Source: Nitrospirota bacterium
GTDB lineage: Bacteria > Nitrospirota > UBA9217
DNA length: 64,000 bases
Assembly: GCA_963754875.1 (NCBI GenBank)
Contig: CAVWHO010000004.1
Location: forward strand, 1 to 64,000
Direction of reading: 5' to 3'
The translations under genes and the position numbers were made by a program. The notes below the pieces were generated by a model. It ran no database searches. It was not told the DNA's origin and worked only from the letters and a program-made list of their open reading frames with translations. Shown here in pieces: positions 50,046 to 60,906 of this stretch (positions within the stretch are counted from its first letter, which is position 1; each line of letters starts with the position of its first letter).

Positions 50046-51948
50046 TCACCAAATGAGCGACTTGTATCGCTCGATGATCTGGTCCTGTATCCTCGAAATA
50101 AGATGGAATGCTTCCCTGATCGAACGCTTTTCGAGATTGCTCAGCAGGTTCGGGTTGATAAAGTTATCAGGCGGCTGGCCCAAACTGATCTGTTGGTACT
50201 GATGGTGGATCCGGAGCAGCATGATGAATTCGAATGCGTGTTCGAAATCGTCGGCGTACTCCTCGACAATGGTGTGCATGCCCCTGAGGGTCGCAATCCT
50301 CTCGAGCGTCGGCGTCTCGCGAATTCTTTTTTCGAGGGAGAACAGACGGATAATATCGACGAGCGGCGCCAAGCCCTTGACTTTAAGATTGAGCTCATCC
50401 TTGTGCTCGCCACCCTTCTCGACGACGAACGATTTGAAAAAGCCGATGGGCGGCGTATTTTTGATCGCCATGTTCGCAAGGTAGCCCAGAAAAACTTTCT
50501 GGTCCTTGAGCAGCAAGTTCAACTCGTCACGAAGTGCGTCAGCCAGGGCGATTTCGCCGTACATGGGCCGGAAATCGAAAAAGCGTCAGTGAATTTAATA
50601 CCGCGTCCGGAGTCGGATTAGCAATCCATGTTGCATAGTATTTCTTCCAGACTTTCAGCGGTTGGCACCACTGGGGATTGCTCGCCATGTAGTTTGCCGG
50701 ACAGGGAGGAAACCCGCACTGAAGCAGGTTGTCCCGTACATACTCGGCGAATACTGCAAAATATTTCTTTGCAGCCGTTGCCTCGGCCTCGGTCGCCGGA
50801 TCGGAATAGATGATGGCATTGTCCTGGTCCGTCTTGAACGTTTGTTCCTTGCGGCCCTCGCTCCCGAAAGCGATCCAGCAGTAGGGAACGGGGGACTTGC
50901 CGTGTTTCCGCTCGGCAAATTCAAGGACCTTGCGCACCAGCCGGTCGTTGATCTCGGTAATGATCTTGGTGATGTTGCTTGCTTTCGCGCCTTCCTTGAG
51001 CAGGAGCCCTACAATGCTGTTGATCTTCTTCGAAACCGGGATGAGGCCTTCAATGGTCTGCTGGCTCTCGATGTCTTTTGTAAGCGAAAGCGGCGACGTG
51101 CCCTGCAGCATCATAAGGTCGTGGTTCGTAATTACGCCCATGAGCTTGCCGTCACTGATGACGAGGATGTGATGAATGTTGTATTTGATCATCTTGAGCA
51201 CGGCCTCGAAACAGTAGTCCTTGGCATCGACCCGGATCAGGGTGGCGCTCATGATGTTCTTGACGGGTTCCCGGACACTCCGGTCTTTTGAAACAACTTT
51301 TTCCCGGAGGTCCCGGTCCGTGACGATGCCCGACGGGAGGTTGCTCTTGTTCATGACCACGATCGAGCTGATACGGTTCTCTGTCATGATCCGGGCTGCT
51401 TCGCGGATCTCCGTGTCCTCCTGTGTATGAATCACACCCTTGATGGCTATGTCTCCGATCCGCGTCGTGAACAAAAGGCGGTCGCTCCCTCCGTAGAACA
51501 TGCTCTTGTCCTGCATCTCTTGGTAGGTTCGGTCGATATATCTGGTGATGTGCGACTTCAGGAAGTATTCAGTGAAGGAGCGTTGTGAATCGAGGAGCTT
51601 CTGGAGCATCTCCTGCCCCAGCAGGTAGCAGAGGGTATCGTCTACGGCCGTAATATTCGAACGGACGCGGTCCTTGCCGACCATCGACAGGAAGCCGAAG
51701 GTATCGCCTTCGCCGCGGTAATCGATCACGACCTCGTCTCCGCTCTCCGATGTCATCGATACTTTCACGCCGCCCTTTTTAATGATGCGAAGGGCGTCGC
51801 TCGGCGGCTCGTCCTGTTTCAGAATAACCGTGTCCTTGGGATAGAACTCCAGGGAAAGGTTACGCGCGATGAATTGCAGGTTTTCATCGTCAAGAAACTG
51901 GAAGGGCGGCACCTTCTTCAGAAAGACAATAACGTCCTCCAGAATCAT
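50046..51948 (-). CDS. cNMP-binding / CBS-pair / DUF294 nucleotidyltransferase protein, frameshift near 50580
   Basis: cNMP domain, GIVTDRDLR, GSEGRKEQ..KTDQDNA, NLKVKG; frame break in a T/A run at F(D)FRP. Confidence 0.9.
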
Positions 51949-51996
51949 ATTGCTGCCGTTATTCGGTTTTACAGTGGCATGCATGCCCAAAAAAAG

Positions 51997-52013
51997 AGCA
52001 AGATATATACCAA
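51997..52013 (-). promoter_or_regulatory. Sigma-54 promoter for the DUF294-actP operon
   Basis: Minus strand TTGGTATATATCTTGCT (GG-N10-GC); AT-rich upstream region. Confidence 0.68.
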
Positions 52014-52655
52014 TTTTACTCGATATGTGCTGAAGGACATGCTCGGGTAAAAGACTGAGAAATGTTTGTTCGTTTATGCAGTAATTGTTGCAGAAAAATT
52101 AAACAAAATTACATCAATCAGCAGCAGCACAGCAATCTTCAATTTCAATGAAATCAATATGTTTTTATAGTAATGCTTATTAGTTAGATATAGAACACAA
52201 AAAAAACAGATAATAAATAAAATTACAATTTACATAAGATTACACATTACAAATATGCACTTAGCATGATTTTTTTTAATACTCGCAATTAATTTTCTTG
52301 TCATAGATCCCTACCGAATGAAATTATGTAACGAAAAGTAATTACACACATCGGTGATTAGATACGGAAAGTAACTGATTCAAAATATCCTAATTATGCA
52401 ACTAAAGATGCATGAAGGCTCCATTTTGCAATTTTTTTTATGAAAGTCATCCGAACTGATTGCACATTTAGCAGAGTGACCGTGTCAATTAATCCAATTG
52501 AATTTCTATGTCTCCTCGGTAGGCGCGACCCGCAACTTATGCAGCTTAAATCACACGGTGAAAAGCATCACTGACCTCGTTCAATTAGTGAGGTCACGGA
52601 AGTTGTCCGAAGTATGGTGTCATGAAAAGACCCAACAAATATGACTCGTCATCTG

Positions 52656-52691
52656 GCAATCAGGCAGGCGGAATACCGCCTGCCTGATTGC
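52656..52691. terminator. Perfect hairpin downstream of msrAB (probable terminator)
   Basis: GCAATCAGGCAGGCGG-AATA-CCGCCTGCCTGATTGC, 16-bp stem; no strong U-tract. Confidence 0.7.
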
Positions 52692-52745
52692 AGCCTTGAC
52701 TTGCTATGCTGCAAAACAATCTCTCATACTTGTTTCTATTAACGG

Positions 52746-53858
52746 CTATTTCTCGAAGAGCTTGGCATATTTCCCATAACCGTCCTTCACCAGATCCTCC
52801 TTCGGGATGAACCTCAGGGCCGCTGAATTCATACAATAGCGCAGATGTGTCGGAGCAGGGCCGTCATCGAAAACATGCCCCAGGTGTGAATCAGCGTGCT
52901 TGCTCCTGACCTCGGTCCTGACCGCGAGGTACCACGTCCTGTCCTCCTTTGTCACGATGTTGCTTGGTTCGAGCGGCTTCGTAAAGCTGGGCCATCCGGT
53001 GCCGGACTCGTATTTGTCGAGCGAACTGAACAAAGGTTCGCCGGATACGATGTCGACATAGATACCGGGCCTGTGGTTGTCCGCGTACTCGTTGCTGAAG
53101 GGAGGCTCTGTTCCCGCCTCCTGCGTAACCTTGTACTGCATGGGGGTAAGGCGTTTCTTCAGTTCCTCCTTACTCGGTTTCATATAGACATCGTTAGGCA
53201 TTGATGATTCAACCATCGACGTATGCATAGCTTTCTCCTTCTCCTTACCCCAGATTTTCTCAAGATACTGGTCGCGTCCCGAATTGTAGCGGTAGAATTT
53301 GTACCGGACGGGATTTTTCTTCCAATAGTCCTGATGATACCCCTCAGCCGGATAAAAGGGACCGGCGGGCAGGATTTCAGTCACGATCGGTTTGTCGAAC
53401 CGGCCGGACTGCGCGAGCTTCTTTTTCGATTCTTCGGCAAGTCTCTTCTGCTCCTCGCTGTGATAAAATATGGCGGACTTATACGACGGACCTCGGTCCA
53501 CAAACTGGCCGCCAGCATCAGTGGGATTGATCTGCATCCAGAACACATCGAGCAGTTTCTCGTAGCTTATTTTCGAAGGATCGTAGACAACCTCGACAGA
53601 TTCCATGTGGCCCGTTGTCTCCGAAGTCACGTCTTCATAGGTCGGATTGACCGTGTGGCCTCCGGTGTATCCTGAAATCACCTCTTTCACTCCGTCAAGC
53701 TTTTCAAAGGGCGGAGTCATGCACCAGAAGCAGCCACCCGCGAACGTGGCCTTTTCCGTATGTTCCATATTCCCTCCACTCTGCATTGAGCCCGCATGAA
53801 CATTCATTGTCATGAACGGCAATATAAACAACGTTCCAAGAATGATTCTGTATACCAT
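52746..53858 (-). CDS. msrAB: Exported bifunctional methionine sulfoxide reductase MsrA-MsrB
   Basis: Signal peptide, GGCFWC, YHQDY, GWPSF, HLGHVF, RYCMNS. Confidence 0.96.
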   Translation of the reverse strand: MVYRIILGTLFILPFMTMNVHAGSMQSGGNMEHTEKATFAGGCFWCMTPPFEKLDGVKEVISGYTGGHTVNPTYEDVTSETTGHMESVEVVYDPSKISYEKLLDVFWMQINPTDAGGQFVDRGPSYKSAIFYHSEEQKRLAEESKKKLAQSGRFDKPIVTEILPAGPFYPAEGYHQDYWKKNPVRYKFYRYNSGRDQYLEKIWGKEKEKAMHTSMVESSMPNDVYMKPSKEELKKRLTPMQYKVTQEAGTEPPFSNEYADNHRPGIYVDIVSGEPLFSSLDKYESGTGWPSFTKPLEPSNIVTKEDRTWYLAVRTEVRSKHADSHLGHVFDDGPAPTHLRYCMNSAALRFIPKEDLVKDGYGKYAKLFEK

Positions 53859-53927
53859 AACCCTATCCTCTCTTTCTCCTAAAATTATACCTCTTTGGAA
53901 TCTCTATCCTGAGAATCTGTTTCACCA

Positions 53928-54278
53928 TTATTCCCGAATGGTATCCTTGTAAGTTCCGGCGCTTTTCAAGGCTTTTTCCATCTCCTCAATCGTTACGACG
54001 TTTGGATCATAATAGACGGTATTTATCTCCCGGAAATTCCGGAACCCCTTGTCAACCTTTCGTATGCCTTTTAAGCCTTTCAGGGCGTCATGGCCTTCGT
54101 CATAACAGTGAACGACAAAGACGACTTTCGACGTGTCGGCTTCCTGGGCCGCTGCAGAGGCATTTGCCGTCAAAACGGACGAGAACTGACTCCCGATCCT
54201 CAAACTGTAATGAACGGCCCCAAAGAGAAAAATGACGCCGACGATGCTGAGCCATAGAATGATGGACTTCTTTCTCAT
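53928..54278 (-). CDS. Small exported protein with a single Cys and an MsrA/HMA-like fold
   Basis: N-terminal TM; FVVHCYDEG...GIRKVDKGF...NTVYYDP; first gene of the msrAB operon. Confidence 0.6.
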   Translation of the reverse strand: MRKKSIILWLSIVGVIFLFGAVHYSLRIGSQFSSVLTANASAAAQEADTSKVVFVVHCYDEGHDALKGLKGIRKVDKGFRNFREINTVYYDPNVVTIEEMEKALKSAGTYKDTIRE

Positions 54279-54341
54279 AGAACACCTCCGTTTTCGTTCC
54301 CTCAGGTTTTTATCTAACTGAACATAGATTACCACTCGATG

Positions 54342-54381
54342 GTCACGGCGAGGTCACGGAGAAATAACATGTTCGTCACGG
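54342..54381. promoter_or_regulatory. GTCACGG direct repeats at 11-bp phasing (probable OmpR-family binding site)
   Basis: Copies at 54342, 54353 and 54375; extended -10-like TGGTAATCT downstream on the minus strand. Confidence 0.65.
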
Positions 54382-54427
54382 AGAATGGGATGACTAAAGG
54401 TTGATTGCGATCTAGCGAGTTATACGC

Positions 54428-55913
54428 TCATGACGTGGAGTGGAATATCGGAAGGGTGAACGAGAAGGTCGTGCCTCTCTTGACAGTGCTGGTAACCTCA
54501 AGATCGCTTCCGTGCAGTTCCAGGATGCGTTTTGTGATGATAAGACCGAGGCCTGATCCGGCTGCAGGACCCTTGCGGCTGCGGTCCATGGGATAGTAAC
54601 GGTCAAAGAGGTGAACGATATCCTCTGGCGCAATGCCCGAGCCTGTGTCCGAAACACGGACCCTGACCCGGTCCTGCTCACGAGCTGCCTGGATATGGAT
54701 CGTACCGCCTTCGGGCGTATACCGGAGGGCGTTATCGATCAGGTTTTCGAACACTCGCTCGATGAGTCCGATATCGGCCTGTACCTGCGGAAGATCGTCC
54801 GCCGTATCCATGTCAAGGGTTACTCGCTTCTGGTCCGCGGCGAGTCGGAATTTCTGCAGGATATCCTGAATAAGCTCGTCGATTGAGAAGGTCTCGGCAC
54901 GGACTTGGACATCAGTCGAGTCAAGCTTTGCGAGTTCGAAAAGTGCCGCAACCAGCTTCCCCAGCCGCTCAGAATGTTTTACGGCCGTGGCAAGGTAATT
55001 TCGCTGCTCGTCGTCCGTGAGCCGGCCCTGCTTCATGAGCAGGGTTTCCAGATACCCCTGAAGAGAGGTAAGCGGGGTCCTGAGGTCGTGAGTGATGTTG
55101 GCGATAAATTCCCTGCGGAGTCGATCAGCTTCCGTCAGGCCCTTGATCTGGTCGGCGATCCGGTCAGCCATCTGTACGAATATCGTCGAGATCCTCGCGA
55201 TTTCGTCGTCCGGAAGATTTCGGAGCCCCTCCGGCAAGCGCGGGGGCGCGGCAAAGCCGCTTTTCCGGAAGTTCTCCATATGAACGGCGAGCTGTCGGAG
55301 CGGCCTGGTCATGCGGCTAAAGAGGAGCAGTGCGGCCAGGAGAGCGAACAGCAGCCCTCCTGCAACGGCCAAGATGCTCAAACGGAGTATGTAACTGCCC
55401 TGGAGCATACTCAGCTTCATTCTCGAACGCTTCACTTCCCAGGATGATGTAGAGATATCCTTCAATGCGGCCGTCGCGGTAAATCGGGGCCACGGAAAAT
55501 ATTTTTTTCTGACGCAGGTCCCGCGGATCGTCACCCAGGACAGGGAAAGAAGACGTTCCGCTCAGAAGCCGCTTAACAGGATCAAGGGAAACGGACTGCC
55601 GTTTCACTTTCCCCGGCGGCGCCGAATAGGACAATATGGTCCCTTTCGGGTCCAGGAGGTACACTTCGATCACCGGGTTTACAAGCATGAGCATATGAAA
55701 GATATTCTGCAGTGCCCTGTCGTCTACTTGGCCGTTTTTGAGCAGGATGTTTTCCGAGACCAGATGCTTGGCCAAAATACGGTTAAGCTTCTGGTTTACC
55801 TCTTGAAAATACAGGCGGGTTGTATAGACCGTCAGGACAATGTACAGGACTCCTACGAGGAGAAACAGACCAAGTAAGACGGCAGCCAGCCGCTGGTAAA
55901 GGTTTTTGATCAT
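54428..55913 (-). CDS. HAMP sensor histidine kinase, frameshift near 55420
   Basis: TM-periplasmic-TM, THDLRTPL, N/G boxes; split over two track ORFs. Confidence 0.88.
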
Positions 55914-55929
55914 GACACTCACCTTGTGA

Positions 55930-56642
55930 TTTAGTTCGTCGAGCTCGGAAAACTTGTATCCCACTCCCCGGACACTCAGCACATAGCGCGGCCTGGCAGG
56001 ATCTTTTTCGATCTTGGACCTCAGCCGGTTGATATGGGAATTGACCGTGTGTTCGTAGCCTTCGTACCCGTATCCCCACACCTGGTTCAGAAGTTCGAGC
56101 CTCGAATAGACGTGGCCGGGATGCTTCGCAAACTGCAGAGAGGAGGTCGAATTCCTTTGCGGTAGAGTACTATCTCTTTGCCGCTGACCGAAACTTTACG
56201 TTTTCCCGCATCGATGACAAGCTTGACCTGCCTCGATCACCTTTTGTGATTCCGGTGAAGCTTCGGACCTGATCGCCTCTTCACGGCGGAATAATGCTTT
56301 AACTCGCGCCAGAAGCTCCGGGATACTGAAGGGCTTGGTCAGGTAGTCATCGGCACCCATCTCAAGGCCGAGGACCCGGTCGATTTCGGAGGAGCGGGAG
56401 GTAAGCATCAAGATCGGGGTGTACGAAGGACGTGCCCGCACGCGTCGGCATATGTCCATGCCATCCACGCCAGGAAGAAAAAGATCGAGGATGATCAGGT
56501 CAAAAGGTTTTGAAACAGCGGCCTCAAGACCTGTCGTCCCGTCATTGACAACGGCGACCTCATACCCGGCATCCCCGAGGTGGAGTTCCACGAGATGTGC
56601 GATGTCTCTGTCGTCTTCGATGACAAGGATTCTGCGGTTCAT
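55930..56642 (-). CDS. OmpR-family response regulator, frameshifted around 56100-56220; 3' end approximate
   Basis: Receiver (EDD, LDL, GADDYLTKPF) and winged helix (VWGY..TVNSHINRLRSKIE..VRGVGY). Confidence 0.88.
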
Positions 56643-56773
56643 ACTATGCTCTTTTTATAAGCATAGCACAGAATTGCAGGCCCCAATGTTTGTCTGGTCG
56701 ACGCGGTAAAGTGATTGCACAGGTTCTTTGAATGGTTGAGATTGTTTTTCAAGAAAGGATATTATAAGAAGTG

Positions 56774-57973
56774 TTATGCATATTGTCCTGCAACCCATCC
56801 CGATGCCCAGGCCCAGTGCAGGTTGTATCCCCCGAGCTCTCCGGTGACGTCAACGACTTCGCCGATAAAAAAAAGTCCCGGTACTTTGCTCGCTTCCATG
56901 GTCTTTGAGGAAAGCGCATCGGTATTCACCCCTCCCGCAGTCACCTCAGCTGTTTCATACCCTTCAGTCCCTTTGGGAATGATTGACCAGGCGTGCAACT
57001 GGCTTGCGATCTCCTTGAGTTCCTTGTCGGACGTTTCATTGATCGGCTTTGAAATGAGCCTGTAGTCGCACCAGGCCTGAGCAAAGCGTTTTGGAACGTA
57101 TTCAGCAAGGAGGTTACGCATCTCTATCCTGCTTTTTCGTCTGGATACGAACACGGCGAAGCTATCAATATCAGGAAGGAGATCGATCTTCAAAAGCCCT
57201 TTCGGTTCCCAATAAAGTGAAGCCTGAAGTGCTGCCGGGCCGCTCAACCCGCGGTGTGTAAACAGAATGTTTCCGCGAAATCGTTTCGGGCCGCAGGTGA
57301 TCGCCGCATCAAGTGAAACACCCGCCAAGCTCTTAAAAACCTTCTGGTCCTCCCCCGCGAACACGAAAGGGACCAGGGCAGGCCTGATCTGGGTGACCTT
57401 GACGCCGAATTGCCTTGCAACGTCATGGCCGAAGCGGCTCGCACCAAGGCTGGGGTACGAAAGTCCGCCTGTGGCGATGACGAGTGATTCGGATGAAAAT
57501 ACACCCTGGCTCGTCTTGACCAGGAAGCCCCCTCCTTGCTTGATATCCATGACAGGACATTTCAGCTGCATCTCGACGCCCGCATTTTTACATTCCGTCT
57601 CAAGCATTTCGATGAGCTCGCGGGAGCTCTTGACGCAGAAGATCTGGCCCGCTTCTTTTTCGTAGTACGCGATATGATGTTTTTCAACAAGGGAGAGGAC
57701 GTCCCGGGGCGTGAACCGGGCAAGAGCGGATTTGCAAAAATGAGGGTTTTGTGAGAAATAGTGATCAGCCGTCACGTTCAGGTTCGTGAAATTGCTCCGA
57801 CCGCCGCCGGAGATGCGGATCTTGGCCCCTGTCCGGTCAAAGTGGTCGAGTACGAGCACTGAGCGGCCTCGCTTGCCGCATTCGATCGCGCACAGAAGCC
57901 CTGATGCTCCGGCGCCGATGATAATGACGTCCTTTTTACTCTTCCGTAAATTATTCTCAGAAATTGTCATCAC
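56774..57973 (-). CDS. HI0933/BaiN/YhiN-family flavoprotein
   Basis: GAGASG, KIRISGGGRSNFTN, LFTHRGLSGPA, GGYNL..AWASG. Confidence 0.93.
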   Translation of the reverse strand: MMTISENNLRKSKKDVIIIGAGASGLLCAIECGKRGRSVLVLDHFDRTGAKIRISGGGRSNFTNLNVTADHYFSQNPHFCKSALARFTPRDVLSLVEKHHIAYYEKEAGQIFCVKSSRELIEMLETECKNAGVEMQLKCPVMDIKQGGGFLVKTSQGVFSSESLVIATGGLSYPSLGASRFGHDVARQFGVKVTQIRPALVPFVFAGEDQKVFKSLAGVSLDAAITCGPKRFRGNILFTHRGLSGPAALQASLYWEPKGLLKIDLLPDIDSFAVFVSRRKSRIEMRNLLAEYVPKRFAQAWCDYRLISKPINETSDKELKEIASQLHAWSIIPKGTEGYETAEVTAGGVNTDALSSKTMEASKVPGLFFIGEVVDVTGELGGYNLHWAWASGWVAGQYA

Positions 57974-58179
57974 TCTGATCCAGAAACTCTCTTTCCGGAC
58001 GATTGCCTGTCAGCGGTTACAGCGCAGAGAAACAATCTAGGTCCACATCAGCCTCATCTGCCTTCTCTTTCGCGTGCGTTGTTTAACTTTTTTCCTTCGT
58101 GAGTTACGTGCAGTAAAATATCATCATTTTTTTTAAAAAACAAGGGGCTCGTTACGTCCCGGTTTCTCTGAAAAGAGTC

Positions 58180-58208
58180 TTGACTATGATTTTCCACCTC
58201 AGTATAAT
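58180..58208 (+). promoter_or_regulatory. Sigma-70 promoter
   Basis: TTGACT-17-TATAAT, 6 nt before the ATG at 58215. Confidence 0.78.
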
Positions 58209-58214
58209 TCAACC

Positions 58215-58490
58215 ATGCAAGGAATGATGCAAAAGAGGATTGCGCTTCTTGTTATAGTTATACTTTTATTTCTTGCGCTTATCCCCGCCTTCTACCCGGT
58301 TGAGGACGAGGTTCTGGCCAAAGACTCCCTTGTATACAGGGCCTATGGCCAACTCTTTACCATCTTTGGCACTGCTTACCATTTTGATTGTAATCTCGGC
58401 TGGACAAGAACCTTCTCAACGCTTATTGCGTTGTGGATTCTGCCGAACGTTCTCTCCTCAACAGCAGAAACCCGCGCTCCTCCTGCATAG
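58215..58490 (+). CDS. Small membrane-targeted protein ending in RAPPA (candidate arrest peptide)
   Basis: KRIALLVIVILLFLALIP hydrophobic N-terminus; C-terminal TRAPPA; consensus promoter. Confidence 0.65.
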   Translation: MQGMMQKRIALLVIVILLFLALIPAFYPVEDEVLAKDSLVYRAYGQLFTIFGTAYHFDCNLGWTRTFSTLIALWILPNVLSSTAETRAPPA

Positions 58491-58684
58491 TCACCCTTGA
58501 TTTCCCGATTCAGTATCTCAGTATCCAGGTATAGACAGCGGCATAAGGACAGAACTCATGTTCGCGGATCAGCCCCGGCAGCATTCCGGGCCGGGCGGAT
58601 GTCATGATCCTCACGCAGAAAAGCGGCACTGTTCTGAACGCTGTCTTTGGCTTCAATCGCGTACCTATCGATAGGGGTGAAGAA

Positions 58685-59302
58685 ATGTTGCCAATCCAAG
58701 CTGAAGCGCACAGTAATGAAAGACTCTATTGTGGCTCTTGCAGAAACAACTTTCAGGCACGGATCGCCACGTGGGTCGATGTTGCACGAACGCCCGGTGT
58801 GAAAACGCTCCTGCAGAACCGGGAGTTCAATATGATTACCTGTCCTCACTGCGGGAACCGGCAGTTTTCAGATTCCCTTTTTTTTTACGAAGATTTCGCA
58901 GAGGGGCTGCTTGTAGCCGTATTTCCAAGCGTTCCCGAAAACCGCTTATCCGTTGAGGCGGACATCAGACAAAAGTACGGCTACTATCCAACGCTCGAAT
59001 TTTTTTACGATATGACGCAGCTCTGGTTTTTGATCTATCTGCAGGAACATTACAAAAAGAATGTGAACCTGCGCGCGGCATCGAAGATCGGCAGGGGAGA
59101 AAAACGACTGCAGACGTTCCTGCGGTTCCTCAAAAAAGACCCGCTGATGCTCGCCATACGCGAGACGTTGACGGAAACATTTTTGGGAAGCAAGACGAAC
59201 GACGATCTTCAGAATGTACTGTGGCGCGCACTTGCAAAGCTGGAGGGCGTGTCTTCCGGCCCATCTGAAGCCCCGGCCTATGTAAAGCAGATGGCGATCT
59301 AA
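58685..59302 (+). CDS. CpXC-domain zinc-ribbon protein
   Basis: CGSC...LLQNREFNMITCPHCG...FFYED; AGGGGTG RBS. Confidence 0.75.
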   Translation: MLPIQAEAHSNERLYCGSCRNNFQARIATWVDVARTPGVKTLLQNREFNMITCPHCGNRQFSDSLFFYEDFAEGLLVAVFPSVPENRLSVEADIRQKYGYYPTLEFFYDMTQLWFLIYLQEHYKKNVNLRAASKIGRGEKRLQTFLRFLKKDPLMLAIRETLTETFLGSKTNDDLQNVLWRALAKLEGVSSGPSEAPAYVKQMAI

Positions 59303-59316
59303 GGTCAGTCGACTGC

Positions 59317-59359
59317 GGGGACGCCCGCACCGATCCGTGGGTGCGGCGCCCCTTTTTTT
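59317..59359 (+). terminator. Rho-independent terminator
   Basis: GGGGACGCCCGCACC...GGTGCGGCGCCCC followed by T7. Confidence 0.8.
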
Positions 59360-59419
59360 GTGGAATGCACTGTTGTACTGTTCCGGTGATCGATAGCGCC
59401 TCCTTGGAGCTGAACGGTC

Positions 59420-60430
59420 ATGTACGCCAGAAAATATGCTGCGGTTTTAATTGTCGCTCTTATAGGATGCATTACGTATCTGCAGTATTCGACGCCATCG
59501 CAGGGCCTTGCCCTTCACAATATCTACCGGGAATTATACTACATACCTGTTTTTATCGGGGCACTGACATACGGCCTTGCGGGCGCCTTGCTGTCGTACC
59601 TGCTTGTCTTCTGTCTTTATCTGCCGTACGTCATCATGACTTGGCCCGGCTCGCTCTTCAATGAAACGAACCGCTTGCTGCCCCTTTTATTGCAGGGACT
59701 GTTTGCGGTTATGGCCGGCTACCTCGTCGACCGAGATAGAAAACACCGAACTCAATTGGAAAGGGACCGCTATCTTGCGGATGTCGGCCGCATTGCAACG
59801 GTCATTGTCCATGATTTGAAGAATCCCCTCATTGCCATCGAAGGATTTGCGAGACGAATCAAGGAAGGCAGAGGAAAAACCGATACCGCCGTGCAGGTAA
59901 TACTTAACTCGGCCGATCAGATGCAGAAGATTGTGACCAGCGTGCTTGATTTCTCCCGGCCGCTCCAGTTGGACCTCAGAGAGGTGGATCTCAGGGATAT
60001 CGTGCAGCGCGCGGGAGAGTCGTGCAGGGTAACAGCGGAGCAGCGGGAAGTGATCCTCTCGGTCGATCTGCCACCTGTGCCGATATATGCCAGCATCGAC
60101 GGTTTTCACCTGGAGAGGGCTCTCGTCAACCTCATCACGAATGCCATTGAAGCTTCGGGCAAAGATCAGAGGGTTTCAATACTCCTGGTGGCGTGCATTA
60201 CTATGATAGCCATCAAAATTATAGACAAAGGTTCGGGTATGGAGAAGAAAATCCTTGAGAACATTTTCGTCCCCTTTTATACGAAGAAACGCGACGGTAC
60301 CGGGCTCGGCATGCCCATTGCAAAGAAGGTCATCGAAGGACACCGGGGGAAAATCCAAGTCAGCAGCAAGCCCGGACAGGGAACAGAGGTAGCCATAGAA
60401 TTGCCCCATCTGAAAAGACAAAGAGCGTGA
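59420..60430 (+). CDS. Membrane-integral sensor histidine kinase
   Basis: Four N-terminal TMs, VHDLKNPL, NA, DKGSG, GTGLG. Confidence 0.92.
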   Translation: MYARKYAAVLIVALIGCITYLQYSTPSQGLALHNIYRELYYIPVFIGALTYGLAGALLSYLLVFCLYLPYVIMTWPGSLFNETNRLLPLLLQGLFAVMAGYLVDRDRKHRTQLERDRYLADVGRIATVIVHDLKNPLIAIEGFARRIKEGRGKTDTAVQVILNSADQMQKIVTSVLDFSRPLQLDLREVDLRDIVQRAGESCRVTAEQREVILSVDLPPVPIYASIDGFHLERALVNLITNAIEASGKDQRVSILLVACITMIAIKIIDKGSGMEKKILENIFVPFYTKKRDGTGLGMPIAKKVIEGHRGKIQVSSKPGQGTEVAIELPHLKRQRA

Positions 60431-60560
60431 ATAATAGGAAAAACTGGCCGTGCCCGTTTTGCTCCTGAGACGGGTGCACGGATATGTTGATGTGAGAGCC
60501 CGCGAACGAAGTTTTTCACAATATACGTTTCCGGTTCTTGCCTCCGGAACTCGCCGCCCG

Positions 60561-60875
60561 CTATGCCAGTTCAAACGCTGTCACAACTGCTAAGAGCGAC
60601 AAGAGAACAAGGCCGGAGAGAAAGACGATGTCCGCGATTCTTTCATACAGTTCCCCTCGTCGGGCCGCGCGCATTGAGGCATAGGAGAACAAACTGGCGG
60701 CAAGAAAGATCAGGATGGTGATCCCGTCCAATTTATCGATAAAGCGTCCGACGGTGTTCACTCTCCAGATCTTCTTTAGCGTGAGTATCAGAAAACACAA
60801 GCCGAGGAGGTTGGAGGCAGCAGGCAAAATATGTTTCGAAATGTTTTTTCTATCACTGTTCGTGTCGCGCATCAT
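60561..60875 (-). CDS. Small three-TM hypothetical membrane protein
   Basis: HILPAASNLLGLCF; three hydrophobic helices; in line with the upstream operon. Confidence 0.7.
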   Translation of the reverse strand: MMRDTNSDRKNISKHILPAASNLLGLCFLILTLKKIWRVNTVGRFIDKLDGITILIFLAASLFSYASMRAARRGELYERIADIVFLSGLVLLSLLAVVTAFELA

Positions 60876-60906
60876 GCAATCCTCAGCCGTAATCGCAATT
60901 TACCGA

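Noticed and set aside
53928..54278. Second selenoprotein
   Set aside because: The candidate redox position is a TGT Cys codon and there is no in-frame TGA.
55317..56081. Apparent fusion of the regulator's DNA-binding domain to the kinase N-terminus
   Set aside because: An RBS-like AAGGTGAG and ATG precede the kinase at 55913, and the region has several other indels; probably an artefact.
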